Positions 37,285 through 51,250 of a DNA stretch of 64,000 bases are shown here, one piece after another (within the stretch, counting starts at the first letter, position 1; the number at the start of each line of letters is the position of its first letter). The translations under genes and the position numbers were made by a program. The DNA comes from Squalus acanthias (Eukaryota). The notes beneath the pieces were generated by a model. That model saw only the letters and a program-made list of their open reading frames with translations. It had not been told where the DNA came from and did not search any database. The stretch is from positions 3,350,001-3,414,000 of the forward strand of contig JASTWF010000036.1 in NCBI GenBank assembly GCA_030390025.1, in the 5' to 3' direction.

Positions 37285-38180
37285 CAGTTCGCTGATGATT
37301 GCACAGTGTTCAGTTCCATTTGGAACTTCTCAGATAATAAAGCAGTCCATGCCCGCATGCAGCAAGACCTGGATGACATTCAGGTTTGGGCTGATAAGTG
37401 GCAGGTAATATTCGCGCCACACAAGTGCCAGGCAATGACTGTCTCCAACAAGCGAGAGTCTAACCATCTCCCCATGACATTCAGCAGCATTAACATTGCC
37501 GAATCCCCCACCATCAACATCCTGGGGGTCACCATTGACCAGAAACTTAACTGGACCAGCCACATAAATACTGTGGCAACAAGAGCAGGTCAGAGGCTGG
37601 GTATTCTGTGGTGAGTGTCTCACCTCTTGACTCCCCAAAGCCTTTCCACCATCTACAAGGCACAAGTCAGGAGTGTGATGGAATACTCTCCACTTGCCTG
37701 GATGAGTGCAGCTCCAACAACACTCAAGAAGCTCGACACCATCCAGGACAAAGCAGCCCGCTTGACTTTCATCCCATCCACCACCTTAAACATTCAATCC
37801 CTCCACCACTGGCGCACCGTGGCTGCAGTGTGTACCATCTACAAGATGTACTCGCCAAGGCTTCTTCGGCAGCACCTCCCAAACCTGACCTCTACCACCT
37901 AGAAGGACAAGGGCAGCAGGCGCATGGGAACACCACCACCTCCAAGTTCCCCTTCAAGTCACACACCATCCTGACTTGGAAATATATCGCCGATCCTTCA
38001 TCATCGCTGGGTCAAAATCCTGGAACTCCCTCCCTAACAGCACTGTGGGAGTACCTTCACCACACGGACTGCAGCGGTTCAAGAAGGCGGCTCACCACCA
38101 CCTTCTCAAGGGCAATTAGGAGTGGGCAATAAATGCTGACCTTGCCAGCGACGCCCACACCCCAGGAACGAATTAAAAAA
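37285..38180 (+). mobile_element. CR1-group LINE family B, RT 3' fragment
   Basis: Runs from FADDCTVF to the same 3' end. Confidence 0.9.
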
Positions 38181-40084
38181 AATCAGGATAGCCTGCCAAC
38201 ATCAAGCTAGGTACCTTGTTCAAAAAACTGATTAACTGAGGTAGGCAACTCTGAAGTACAGTGTTTAACTAACTACACCATGGTGTCCTGACCTCTCTGC
38301 CACACACAGTTGTGCCTGTTAAATACCCTGTTCAGTGTTCATATTGGTTCATTCCCTGCTGTTGTTTCAGCATTAATCCTCTGACCTCTAACCTTTCAAG
38401 GACAAGAGTTGAAAGTTCCAACAAGTTAGCAATGAAAGAAGAAATATGTGTGCCAGAGTCATGTGTGGTTCAGATATCTGTGTGCAACTAGTGTGGACTC
38501 AATACATCTTGGGCATTGCAGGAAGTTCACATAATGACAAGTTTCCGTTGTGTTCTTTAAAGCGGTTCATGACGGCGAAGAGACAACAAGCTGCCATGTT
38601 TACAGAATTCCTCAGTGAGTTGCTGATCAGAGGTGCAAAACAGAGAGGGCGTCAAATCTCTGTCACTAATCACATAAAAAACATCAGTATTATATGGCAC
38701 ATCCGTCAACATTTATTGACCTATAGTCAGTTGCAGCAATGGTTGACAGAAATGCATCACCCCAGACAGTGTTAAGAGTAAGGCGACGTTGTCTTGACCT
38801 CCTGTGAAGTGTGTAGGTCACCTGTGTCTCACTTTCTTCCATTAGGCATAAGTGATTAGTCAGAAAGATGTCCTAATTCACTCAGTCCATGATACTTGTA
38901 TTTTTTTCATTAAATAAACCCTTACTATGCTGTCAATGGTGTAATCTCATACATTTCTCAGCACTACATATAAAATCCTACAAACAGCAATGGGATGAAT
39001 AGCCAATTATTCTCTTTTTGGTGGTATTGAGGCAGAAACGTTTGCTTGGGCCTGCTCTGCTGGTAGGCGGCTTGAACCCACAACCTTCTAATTCACCTTC
39101 AGAATCAGAGGAAAGAGTACTACCAATTGAAACAAGCTTACAAGCTTGGGAACATGGGTAGATTGTGATTTCTTTCGAGGGGGAGTCCTCAGTTTAATAT
39201 TGTAAAGAAGGATTTTTGTGTCATCTTGTATTAGAGAGATGTTGAACTGCGGAATGATCCTTCTCCAGTCACACTGTCTTGTATGCAAGTTTCTTCTCTT
39301 CAAATTCTTCCAATTGCATTTTGTTGTTATATGCAACTTTCTCTCAGTTGATTGGTTGGTATGCAAATTTATTGCAGCTCAGTGCAAATCTCTTCCAGCT
39401 GATATGACTAAAAACAATTCAAAAATTGCATATGAAAATTTCGAGGAAAGGAGAAGGGGAACCCAGTCAAATTGCTCAAAAGCATTTTTCAAAAAAAAAC
39501 ATTTCCCCCCTCAGCGGCCCACCCGCCCCAGACCCCACCCTCCCTCCCCAAGTCCAGGCTTAAAATTAAGTTTCTACCATAACAAAAACAAAGAAAACCC
39601 CAGATATTTCACAATAGCACGATTAAGCTTCAAGTATTTAAAATTGTCTTTTGTATGTTTGAGTGGCTTCATTAATGCTTGTACTTGCAGGCTTCAGCCT
39701 CCCTCAAATGTTTGGGCTTGGATGCGATATTTTTCACAACAGCTATGATTCTGCTGGCTGAAGGGAGATGCCATAGTGCGAGCTTGTGCAGTGTACTCAA
39801 TATCACAGGATGTATCAGTAGTACTTTGGATGTTTCCCTTCTGCCTCTAACCGTATGTAACCATTTGTTTGTTTTTACAAATGAATTGAAGAAAGTTCAA
39901 GGACAAATAACAATGGATTTTTTTAGCACCAGGGCGAGAGGGAGAGACCACTGGGAACAAGCTTTTTTTAATGTTATGGGGAAAGGGAGAAGAAGGGAAA
40001 TTAGGTGATGAGAGAGGAAGTAGGGCTGATAAGGAGGGTGTGTAGGAGTAATGGTGTGTGGGAAGAATGGGAGAATGAGGGGGG

Positions 40085-40365
40085 GAAAAGACTTTCATTT
40101 ATATAGCGCCTTTCACAACCTCAGGACGTCCCAAAGCACTTTACAGCCAATGAAGTACTTTTGAAGTGTAGTCACTGTTGTAACGTAGGAAATACGGCAG
40201 CCAATTGGCGCACAGCAAGCTCCCACAAACAGCAATGTGATAATGACCAGATCATCTGTTTTTAGTGATGTTGATTGAGGCATAAATATTGGCCAGGACA
40301 CCAGGGAGAACTCCCCTGCAACTTCTTCGAAATAGTGCCATGGGATCTTTTACGTCCATCTGAGA
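40085..40365 (-). mobile_element. Deu-domain SINE 3' fragment
   Basis: Family similarity. Confidence 0.85.
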
Positions 40366-40829
40366 AAGGATCAGAGGAGAGAGTTGGGTAGAGCTGACAA
40401 GAGAAGTTGTAGGGGTAGAGGTAGAGATAAGCCAACTGCAAGTACAATGTAAGCACTTTATAAAAACTAAAAGCATGATTGCCTAGTGGTAGGAAACAGA
40501 CTGGAAATTTGGGAACCAGGGAGGGAAGAGGGGAGAGAGTGTGAGGGGGAGGGAGAAAGAGACACTTCTCACTCCCAATATTTTTCTTTTAACTCCTGCT
40601 CCCAAACACTGCTGGTGTTTGGTTTATTACGTCCCACTCCTGCGTACAGTATTTTAAACATTTTTTTTTACTTCTCTTCCCGCTGTTTTTATACTCCAGT
40701 TTCTGGTGTTTATGTTGTTTTTAGTTCTGTTGCCAGTCTTTGTTTTTGGTGCCACGTGACACACCCACTTACACACATTCGCCAAAATAAACACAAACTT
40801 CAACCCCGGACAGAAATGGACACTCAGAC

Positions 40830-41640
40830 AAGTACAAAATTCAAAATGACTGAGGACTTGGACAAGTACAGTCTGATCTGGATTTATGAAGGGTAAGTCA
40901 TGTCTGACTAATCTAGTTGTATTTTTTTGAGGAGATCACAGGGTCTACGGATGTTGTCTATATGGCCTTCCAGAAGGCATTGGATAAGGTTCTTCACAAG
41001 AGATTATTAGCAAAAATGAAAGCGCACGGAACTGTAGGTAACCTTGTGACATGGGTTGGTAATTGGTTGGGAGGTAGGAGACTGAAAGTAGGGATAAAGG
41101 GTTCAGCCTGATTAGCGGGATGTGACAAGTGGTGTTCCCCAGGGATCTGTACTGGGGCCTCAGCTTTTCACCATGTATATCAATGACTTAGATGAAAGAA
41201 TAGAGAGTTGTATATCCAAGTTTGCAGATGACAAAGTTAGGAGGCACAGTAAATTGTGTAGATGGGAGCAGGAAGTTACAAGGAGACATAGACAGAGTGG
41301 GCAAAACTATGGCAGATGGAATTCAATGTGACATCATCCACTTTGGATCTGAGAAATTCAAACCGGAATATTTTCTTAACGGTGAACGACTAGAAGCTAT
41401 GGAGGAGCAAAGGGATTTAGGTGTCCAGGTACACAAATCACTAAAAGCTAGTGGACAGGTACAAAAAGTGATCAGAAAAAGGTGAATGGAATGTTGGCCT
41501 ATATCTCAAGTGGGCTGGAATACAAAGGGGAGAAAGTTATGTTTCAGTTGTACAGAACCTTGGTCAGATTCCATCTTGTGTCCTGCGTTCAGTTTTGGGC
41601 ACTGCACCTTACAAAATATATTGTGGCCTTGCAGGGAGTA
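40830..41640 (+). mobile_element. Degenerate CR1 RT fragment
   Basis: [18 protein letters not shown] and FADD in broken frames. Confidence 0.88.
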
Positions 41641-42431
41641 AGGATAACCCATGTACATTCCAATGCTTATAACCCATTCAATATTTAATTCTTACCCATT
41701 ATACATCTGCTTTATCACTTTCAATGATAGCATAAGCTTTAGAAGTATTCAATTTCCACGTGCTGATGCCGCTGAAAGGTGCATGGCCTACCTTTCGGTT
41801 TAGAGTAACTGCATTGATATCACTTCAGAAGCATTAATATGGTGCTTGTACTGCTGGATATTGGGATAAAAATATCTATTTATTTCTATAACCCATAGCC
41901 ACTTTAGGTTCACACTGCTACTTTGCACTTCCTCCTGAAAAGACACCGGGACAATTTTGGTCATGGACTTCTCTATGGCTGCTATCAGTTCTGTTCACTG
42001 ATCATCTGAAAGGTGTACTTTTGTGTCATCTGGTCCTGCCAGGTTTTGCATTACCAAGTGGGTTAGACAACTTACTACCACAATATATATGGAGCTCCTC
42101 CGCTTAGCAAAGAAATGGCAAAAATCCAACTCCACTGATGGTCTGTGCTGAGTCAGCCAATTTCAGGCAGAACAGTAGTAGGGATGCCACAATAACCCTC
42201 TGTGCCCCTGGGCTAGGAAAGTGGGGGGAAAAGAAAAATCAGCCAGGGTTCGTGCTCTTGATTGTTAGCCAGTAACCCGTGCTGGAAAGGTAGCACGCGA
42301 GGACATTGGGCCAGGACAGGATTGGACTTAGCTGCAATATCGTCCACATTTGAATATCTTTCTTCATGTACTCATGTGGAGAATGGCCATGTGCTAAGGA
42401 CTGCTGCACTGTGGAACCATACCCAAGCATA

Positions 42432-43147
42432 GGGCTGGATTTTGTCAATGGGGGCTGGACTGCTGGTTATCGGGTTTCAGTCCGGCCAATCCACGCTATT
42501 TTCCCTTGATTGACCTTGTTAAGCCCGCCCTGCTTTGAGAAGCTGTCAAACACTGACAATCTATGTTCTAAGGTGAGCCCTTGTACTGAAGGCGCACCAA
42601 AACCTCTTTCCTCAGCAGAAATCAGATGGCTGCTGCATCTGAGAATGCAGCAGCCATTCTGTCATCTCTGCCGTTGAGATGAGGCACCTCCGGATCCCCA
42701 AGGGTTGAAGCCTGCAGGAAGAAACAAAGGTAAATAAACTTTTTTTTAAACACTTTACACTCACCTCTCATGCTTACCTCTCCACACTTGCACCCATCAC
42801 TCACCTCCACAGCGCACTTTTCGATCCCTCTCACCCCCGCAGACCCACTGCTCACCTCGCTGACCCTGGCGAGGTTTCCCGACATCGGGAAGCCCGCACT
42901 TGCAGGGGTAAAATGGGGATAAGCCTCTTAACTGCCTGTTAACTACCTGTTAACAGGCAGTTAAGTGGCTCTAATCCCCTTCCCGCCTCGAGGAGACGGG
43001 TTCCTGCGCGAGTCGGGGACCCGCCTCCCGGGAAGATGGCACGGAGGCGGGTTGGGAGCGGGTTCGGTACCCGCTCCCAGTTTCTGCCATTTTCCCGGCA
43101 GTCCCGCCTCCATACCCGCCTCCCCAGGGCTGGGAAAATTCCCTCCA
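42432..43147. mobile_element. GC-rich MITE-like element
   Basis: Ends GGGCTGGATTTT / AAAATTCCCTCC; abrupt GC- and CpG-rich block. Confidence 0.55.
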
Positions 43148-46100
43148 TAGAGACAGCACCTTTAGTAGGGAGGAGCAAAACAAAAAGAGGAGAAAATTGG
43201 AAGAAGAAAAAAAATTGGCAAAATTACTTCATGATGTCATCAGCACCGTGTGCTGAAATCTTGTCTTCATCTATTATTCCATCAATTATAAATGAATTAT
43301 AGAAATAGTGCTTGGTTTTGAAAAAGTAACTGAAGCATTACTGTAATTTAGATACAATGAATTGGCTTTTATCATTACAAAGATAGATCATGTACCTGGC
43401 AGGGCATCTTCATTTCTTTCAGATTATGTGCATTATCCACACACTGTAGGAGCATAGCCTTGCTGGAGGGAAATCATGTGTCCAGAGCATGACTTTGCAG
43501 ATTGCCAGTGCCACCATGAACTCCTACTCCTGTGTCATATAAAGCCCTGGGAACAGAGTTATTACACCAATTCATTTTGCCCTGAAACTGAACTTAAACT
43601 AACCACTTAACACTAATGCCCTTCAAAAACAATACCCCTCAGGGCCTGCAGGGACAGATGGGTGAGATCATGGTGTGGAGGATCCATATCATTCAAAGAA
43701 CGAATGCTTTACGAGGTAGGTGATCCATCTTTCATTATGCTTCCTCCATATATCCAAGGTTGTACAAATTTAAGAGGGAAATGCCCCAGCATAGGAGCCA
43801 TAATACCAGCTATTAGGGCCAATCTTCCAAAGGTGCCTCGGAGCATTGGAAAGTACAGGACCAGAAAGGACAATTGCAACCTATCTGGCTGGTCCCAGTG
43901 TTGTGTGCAGCAGTTAAACCTAAACAGTAATATTTTAGTAAATGTTTGAAGATTGTTCCGTGTGACAGTATTATGTATGCTACCAGTTGAAACCTGATCG
44001 AGATACACAGGAAGTAGCTGAGGAATTACCTTAACCTGTCCCTGGGCTTTGTCCTTGCAAGATGGTAGCAGTGAAGGATACACTCAACCATCCATTGCTC
44101 TATCTACTGTTGCATCACTGGTTTGACTTAGGTCCTTGCACCATAGGAAATTAATAACTGCCTGAAACTGCCGGCATAGCTCTGTGCAAGACATGTAAAA
44201 AATTAGGGCTCTACAAGCATCTAATATTGGAAACAACATTCCAGTTCTTACTTGTGTGGCAGCAGATAACGACAATAATTCCTTGACCTTGATTAAAATG
44301 GGAATCGACTTTAGGTAAAAATTCTGGGTCAGTCCAAAGGAATGTAATGTCAGAATGCCAATCAACTATGGCTGATCTAAAATAAGGGCTTGTAGTTCAC
44401 AAAACTGAGACCAACACATGACAACTGTGCAGCTTTCCATGTAATAAACTCAAACTTGCATGTCCAAAGACGTTTTAAGAACAGGGCAGTTCTTGAGTGG
44501 TCAGCTGTTTGGAGGTTGTGTTCGCTATTTTGCAACTGTTGCTCAGCTAGGGTTCCTGCTATTGAGCACTTGTTTGTGGCCCCCCCTGCTGGATAGTGGG
44601 TGTGTGGAGGTCGGGTGAGGGCCATATCAGGCTCAGCGGTCAAGTCCCCACAGTTGAATAACTTGCTGACACTCAGTTGAGATTCACGTGAAGAATGGTC
44701 ACCTGTGTGAAGCACAAGAGGGCTGCTGATGCTCCCTGGTGGTGGAGCTGTATCCCAGCAATAGTCACCACCTTTGAGGAGAAAGGGGAGCAAATAAACT
44801 AAAAAAATAGACTCACATCCAGGTACATCCCTGTACTTTTGTTAATTCTCTTCCAGCTACTCTCCTGAAGGCACAGACTCTTGCTGGAGTATGTTTCCAG
44901 GCCTCTTAGGGGCCTTCTGATATCTTATTCGAACAACTATTCATGTGTGATCCCAGCTAGTGACTAATGGCAGACTATTCAACTGTAGGGGCATCATACC
45001 AAGGCTGATATGGTCCTCACTCTGCATCTCCATATGCATGCCTACGGGCAGGATTCACTAGGCCATCAGGAGCAGGAACTCAGACTGAAATTCCTGTCGC
45101 CAGCCAAGGATGCGGAGGCCAACTATAGTTGTCCTACTGCCCACCATTAACAAAGATCAGCTAACGCAGCGCAGATGGAAAATTGAACCTGGGACCACCT
45201 TTTGGTGGCTCAGACGCATGCTGGTGTTACCAACTGAGCCATCAGTGGAGTTACCGATTTGCTCTGTCTCTGAAAGTGCTGCTCTCTCCTGGTATCCATC
45301 AACTTCTTACAACGAAATGGGTAACTCTCCTCAGTATGATAAAATGAATGCAGTTACTAAGTCGATAAGTAACTTGTTTTTGCTGATTGCAAATATGGAG
45401 AATGCTGAAAACATTGACTTTTCCTCGAATGGATTTGTCCTATAATTATTTTTTTTATTTCGAGAACCAGAGCTTCTCCAGCGGTTTTGGTTCCTGGGGC
45501 ACAAGGCAGACTCCCTCAGCAAACCGGACTCTCAAGATGAGGTAGTACGTCCATCATCTTTGACTGGGTCATTGGTGATCAGGATCACCATATTTGTCAC
45601 TGTGCTGTCAGGTGTGGCTTCCAGCTTTGAGCTGCTCACCATACTTGCAGAGTCACTCTGCAGTGTCATTGAGCCATCTTTCACTCTGCCCCATAACAGA
45701 TTATAATATGTGAGAATAAGCGAACTTCTGCTTTCAGCTGCTTGACCTCTGCAATTATCTTGGCCATGTCTGTTGAATTAATGAGCTGGTCTGTCTAAGC
45801 TGGCTCGAGTGCGTTGTGTCAACGGGTGGATGAAGGCAACATTGCCTGCAGCTGCACCAAGTCTGTCAGTGAGTCTAATATCAGGTTCAATTCTGTAGCT
45901 ACAGCCTGTGAAGAACATGGGATTTTTCCTGATTTACATTTGGACCAACACTGTTGCTATGTTTTGGATAAGTCGAGATCATTTTAAGTTATCTGTGTCA
46001 ACTGATTAGACCCTGGTGTGTAGGAACACAATCAGGAAACCAGCCATCATCTACCGACAGCATTGCAAGGGAGTCCCATTTGTTTTTATGAGCTCACTAA

Positions 46101-47810
46101 AGGAGCTATGATGTCTCCCCATTTGGTGACACCATCATATTATCTTGCAGATGTGTTGGGTTGGTTTGTATTACAAATTGAAGGAATCAAGCCTACCAGT
46201 AAAACTTCCCTCAAAGTCAACCTAACTCTTAATATCAGATATCAAACTGGCATACAAATAGATTTCCAGGAAATTCCTGCTATTGGAGCACAGTTTACAT
46301 TTGCAGTAGACTCCATCTCTCGTCAATATTCCTGTTATTATGTAGGCTCGATCAGGTCGCCGTGAGGTCTCCTCTTTTCTGACAAAAGCAAACCCAAGTT
46401 TGTTAACCTTAAATACCCGAGACCCACTATCATCTTGGCTGCTGTACACGTAATATATTGCCGTGCAGTCTCTTTCCCCTCCACTAGCATTTTTCAATGG
46501 AAAAGATGAGCTGCTACATGTGGGTATAAATTTCGGAGTGAAATCTCTATAGAGGTCAAATTTTCCCAAACGTTCTAGCTTCAGACACCACCATACCCAC
46601 TTTGCGTTGGGACATGGGACCCAGGGATCCCGATTCTGATATGAGCGGATGCGTTTTCATTAAATTTCTTTCTGCTTACCTCAGCCTGCTGGTCTTTTTA
46701 CCACCTGGCCAATTTTTCCTCAAGAAGTGGCACTGACAAGCTCACAGCAGGTTTATCTTATTATGTTGCTAATGGCCATCCACACTGTTCCACCATGCTG
46801 ATATGCTGGAGGGGGCGTACATTTCATCTCAGACTCTACTTTAAAATGAAAGAGAGATGTTTTTCTAGGAGGGGTTTGCACAGAAAGTTGCTTGCACAGC
46901 TTGCTCAAGAGTTGTGTTATCCATTTTGCAACTCCCTCCTAAATATTTATTATTCTGTAGAAAGTTTAAAGTTAAGTAGTCTGAAGCCATGATTCCCATA
47001 TTATAATTTGTCTCTCATTTAGGTTGGGAGAAGGGGGAGTGCCACATCCTTGTGCAGTTTTAAAGCAATTACATTTGCAGTATGTTTTTACTAGCCTGAG
47101 CAAAGTCACCTAGGGTAGAGCATTTGCTTTTCTCTTTGACTTCAGTGTACTTAAAATTGAGAGCTTAGTGAAGCTAAAAATCTAATCCCATCTCCACAGA
47201 AGCCTCCTGGGCCACCGGGGAATACAGATTCATCCCTCCTCATACTACTAATCATAGCTACAGGCATTATCTGTCCCTTATTGGATTATTGGTTGCCTGG
47301 AGGGTTAGCCTTTGCTCTGGGAAGCGCACTGTTCTTGGAAGCGCACTGATTTCTCTGCCTAGGTAGGAGTTTCTGCAGTTGGGTGCTCCAACACACACTC
47401 TACTTCTCTTGATTGAAAGTCACTTCATTCAAATGATCTGATAAATCACTCTTTAGCACCAATTCCTACATTGCTTAATTCAAATTATTGGATAATTCTG
47501 TCTTTTTTCACTGCGACAAAAAAACAACTTTGTATTATCAGGACTGGACTTTACATCAAACTGGTAACTGAAAAAATGTTAGATATATCTATCTGAACGC
47601 AAACGCTTTTAACGAGCATGACACACTCATGTGATTATAGCACTGTGTATGCCAGGGGTTTTGAAACTGGAGATCTGCAAGGTCATACTATAGAATCTGG
47701 ATTTTTGTCAGTGTACTGCAATCCCAACAGATCAGCGTTCCAAGCACAAGGTTTGTTGTCAGTACTGTTAAGACCTTTTCCATGCTATCTCCTTTTGAGT
47801 TACTGATAAT

Positions 47811-48482
47811 GTTCCTGAAAATCCTTGGGAGGTTCTGCCGATCACCCGCTGTAACTCCAGCAGGAAATTGACGGATCCCACCAGAAAACAGCAGGCAGCC
47901 GGTTGTGCCAGGTTACCGCGATCTTCCAGCCTACCTTGCAAGGGGTGGAATCTCGTCCCGCAAATGTCGTCGGGGTGGGGGGCCAGAGACAGAGGCTCCC
48001 TGTGCTAGGAGTTCCTGCTTGCCTGGCTCAGTGGGAGCCAGTATAGTGCTGGAAGCTGGTACACAGAATGAGACGAGTCACATTGGTCTCCAGGGGGTGG
48101 GAGTAGGCCCAACCAGGGGTGGGGGAATTCAGCCCAGTGAAGTGGCTTCGACTTCCGAAGAAAGGGACAATTTTTCTTTTTTTTAAAATCTGATGCCCCC
48201 CCCCCCTTACTCAGGGGGCCAAAGAGGACATGGTTGTAGCTTGGGCGGGCGGGGCGGTGGAACTGGGCAACCCTCCCCCAATGCTAGGCAGGTGCTGAAT
48301 TTTCCATCTGCATGGATCAGGCGACCACCAGAGATGTGTCCATAGTGATACTTGCGCCTGCCTAACCCATGTAAACAACATGCCTTCTCAAACCTCAAAC
48401 TCCATCGGGGAGAGTGCTGGAGGGCACTGGTGGGCGCAATCCCAGATTAACCAGCAGGATCACACCTCAAGGATTTTTGGGG
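47811..48482. mobile_element. MITE-like element
   Basis: Imperfect TIR CCTGAAAATCCTTGGGAGG / CCTCAAGGATTTTTGGGG. Confidence 0.55.
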
Positions 48483-49740
48483 CAAACATCTTTTCGGACA
48501 AGGGGCCTCAGAGTGTGTGTCAATATTTGCACAGGAAAGTATGAAAACCACTGCTGTATGTACTTATTAAATTATGCAGAGATTTGTTATCTTCTTGGAT
48601 ACGTCATGTAGCCAAGACTAATTCTAGCAAGGGTTCCTTTTCAATGTATTTGGCTTTATTTGATCTTGTTTGCCAATGTTTTATCACATCAGCAATAACT
48701 ATAAATGCACACTCACCTCTATACCACTGAGGATAGATGGAGACTCCTCTCTTTCCCCCAATTGAGCTTCCAGGAAGTTGAATTTTGAGCATTAAATTCT
48801 CATCACGATCTATTCCTCTCTCTCAGCTCCCCCCCGCCCCCGCCCTCCCTGCAAAAGCAAGGGAGGTTATTGTGACCATTTGAGGTTTTGTCGTTGTATC
48901 ATTCAAAGCTCCCATGGAAGTTTTGACTGGTGAAATAGTTTCCTGTGGTGGATAAAATGAAGGGATTACTTTTGCAGCACAAACAATGCAGTTATTGTGG
49001 AGATGCCTCAGTTACTTTGGCAGACGCAAGTCTAATTTCGAGAGACGGTTTGTCTATATTGCATATACAGCAGCACTCTCGGGGAACTTTAGTTTGCAAC
49101 TCTCTTTGGCATTGCACATGTCCAGTAAACCTACTTCCTGCCCAACTCTTCCTTCCTGCACTCTATCCCTTTCAGCCTTCTCTCACGCTGTCTTCTCATC
49201 TGCAGCACTAGCCGATTGTATTAAACCTTCCTTATCCTGCCTGCTCCCATTTATTGAAATGTGCTTCACTCGCCAGCAGTTCAGTTGGTAAACGCTGCTT
49301 GAAACTCAACCACAGACTAGATGGTTCCAGGTTCAATTTCACATCTGTGCAGTTAGCCCATTTCAGCTAGGACATTGGAGGGAGAGCTGCAGTAATTGAG
49401 AGGGCAAATCAGCCAAGATTCCTGCTCCTGGTTGATATCCAGTGATCTGTACCAGCAAGTGCATGGGTGTGGACTTGGTGTCACCCCTTCCCCAGTTGCC
49501 TGCCAGATTAAAAATGGTAATTTGGACAAGGTGCTGGCGGTAGGACTTGACACTTTCCCCGAGGGTGGGTGGAAGTGCTTCTCACACTTTGGTCCTTTAT
49601 CACTTTCAATTGTTTGTGTGTTGGTTGACTGGTATGACCACAGGCTTCACACTGTTGCCCTTGATTTGTTTAAACAGTAGGCCAAACTCTAATTTTAAGA
49701 TTATGTCCACTCATTCTTGATTCCCCCACCAGAAGAAATT

Positions 49741-50278
49741 GGCCTAAAAATTCAGTTGCTTTGCGCCTCCCGTTAGCGCCCTAAGAGGGCGCTAACGGGG
49801 CGCAAAGCAACTAGCGCCTGGGCGCGGCGCCGCCAACGCCTGCCACGAAACTCAGCGGGAGATTAGCGGCGGCAGGAACAGTTAGTGCCCCACGGCGCTG
49901 CGCCACCGGCGATGACGTCATCGTCGTGCGCAGTGCCCCGGCCGCGATCTTCGGTAGCGCTCCCTGACTTACCGCCGGACGCTATGTCCGACGGTGTCAG
50001 GGGGGCCCACCTGCGGCCGGGGCAGCGCAAATTAAAGGGGAGGTACCGGGCGGCCATTTTTGTTGCTGGCCGCCTGCCAGCACCTGCCCCCGTTGCCGTC
50101 CCCGGCCTCCTGAGCAGCCCCCCCGCGGAGTGCCGGCTATTCACTTGCAGCGCCCCAAGAGGGAGGTGGGGTGTTTCCAGTAGTGCCCCGCCTCCCTCTT
50201 GGGGCGCTACCGGTGATTTTCGGCCGCATGGGGTGCTAATTTTTTCGGGGTGCTGGCGCGACCCAATTTTTCCTCCAT
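49741..50278. mobile_element. GC-rich MITE related to 5119-6010 (opposite orientation)
   Basis: 49760-49825 is a close reverse complement of ~5925-5990; ends CAATTTTTCCTCC. Confidence 0.75.
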
Positions 50279-50279
50279 T

Positions 50280-50480
50280 GTTTCTCTGTATCTACCTCAT
50301 CAAATCCTTTTAACATTTTAAACACCTTGATTAGATCACCCCTCAATCCGTTAAACTCAAGCGAATACAAGCCAAGTTTATGCAACCTGTCCTCATAATT
50401 TCACCCTCTAAGCCCCGAACCGTTCTGGTGAATCTGTGCTGCACCCCCTCCAAGGGAAATATATTCTTCCTGAGGTGCGG
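50280..50480 (-). mobile_element. Degenerate CR1 fragment
   Basis: PHLRKNIFPLEGVQHRFTR. Confidence 0.75.
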
Positions 50481-50804
50481 TACATAAGCAGTTTGACTGT
50501 TAAATGTTGGCATAAAAATGTGACCAAAAATCATGACAACAGCAAGTTGAACAAGAAGTGTGTGCATACACAAGATTTTTAATATGTAAAGTTTAAAATC
50601 TCATGGCAGTGAGGGAATTAATATTTAATGGGCACCCAAAATGAACGAGACCCACATCCTATATCTACCATAAGGGATAAGTAAAAATATAAATATTTTA
50701 TTTGGCAATTGCAAACGGATATTATTCCAAAAAATGGCAAAGTTTCAAATCTTGTTCATCTTTTACGACTATGTATTGCTACTTTTTCCACTCGGAGGGC
50801 TGAT

Positions 50805-51250
50805 AAAGAAAGAGAGACCTGCATTTTTATCACGCCTCTCATGTGCTTTACAGGCAATGAAGTACTTTTGAAGTGGAGTCACTGTTGTAATGTAGGAAAC
50901 GCGGCAGCCGAACTACGCACAGCAAGCTCCCACAAACAGCAATGAGATAATGACCAGATAATGTTTTTTTGGTGATTTTGATTGAGGGATAAACATTGGC
51001 CAGGACACCCAGGATAACTCCGCTACTCTTCTTCGAAATAGTGCCGTGGAATCTTTTTCATCCACCTGGCAGTAGACGGTGCCTTGGCTTAACGTCTCAT
51101 CCGAAAAACAGCACCTCCGACAGTGCAGCACTCCCTCAGTACTGCACTGGAGTATCTACCTGGATTTATGTGCTCAAGTCCCTGGAGTGGGACTTGAACC
51201 CACAACCTACTGACTCAGAGGCGAGAGCGCTGCCCACTGAGTCACAGCTG
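50805..51250 (-). mobile_element. Deu-domain tRNA-SINE, near full length
   Basis: Reverse-complement similarity to 60859-61282, including head and tail. Confidence 0.88.

Noticed and set aside
39218..39748. 176-aa ORF and other 60-170-aa ORFs in unique DNA
   Set aside because: No recognisable domains or splice structure; consistent with chance ORFs or antisense frames of repeats
45450..45690. Minus-strand ~50-codon open stretch (VKDGSMTLQSDSAS...) followed by AATAAA, resembling a terminal exon
   Set aside because: Weak splice acceptor, no recognisable protein and no partner exons found
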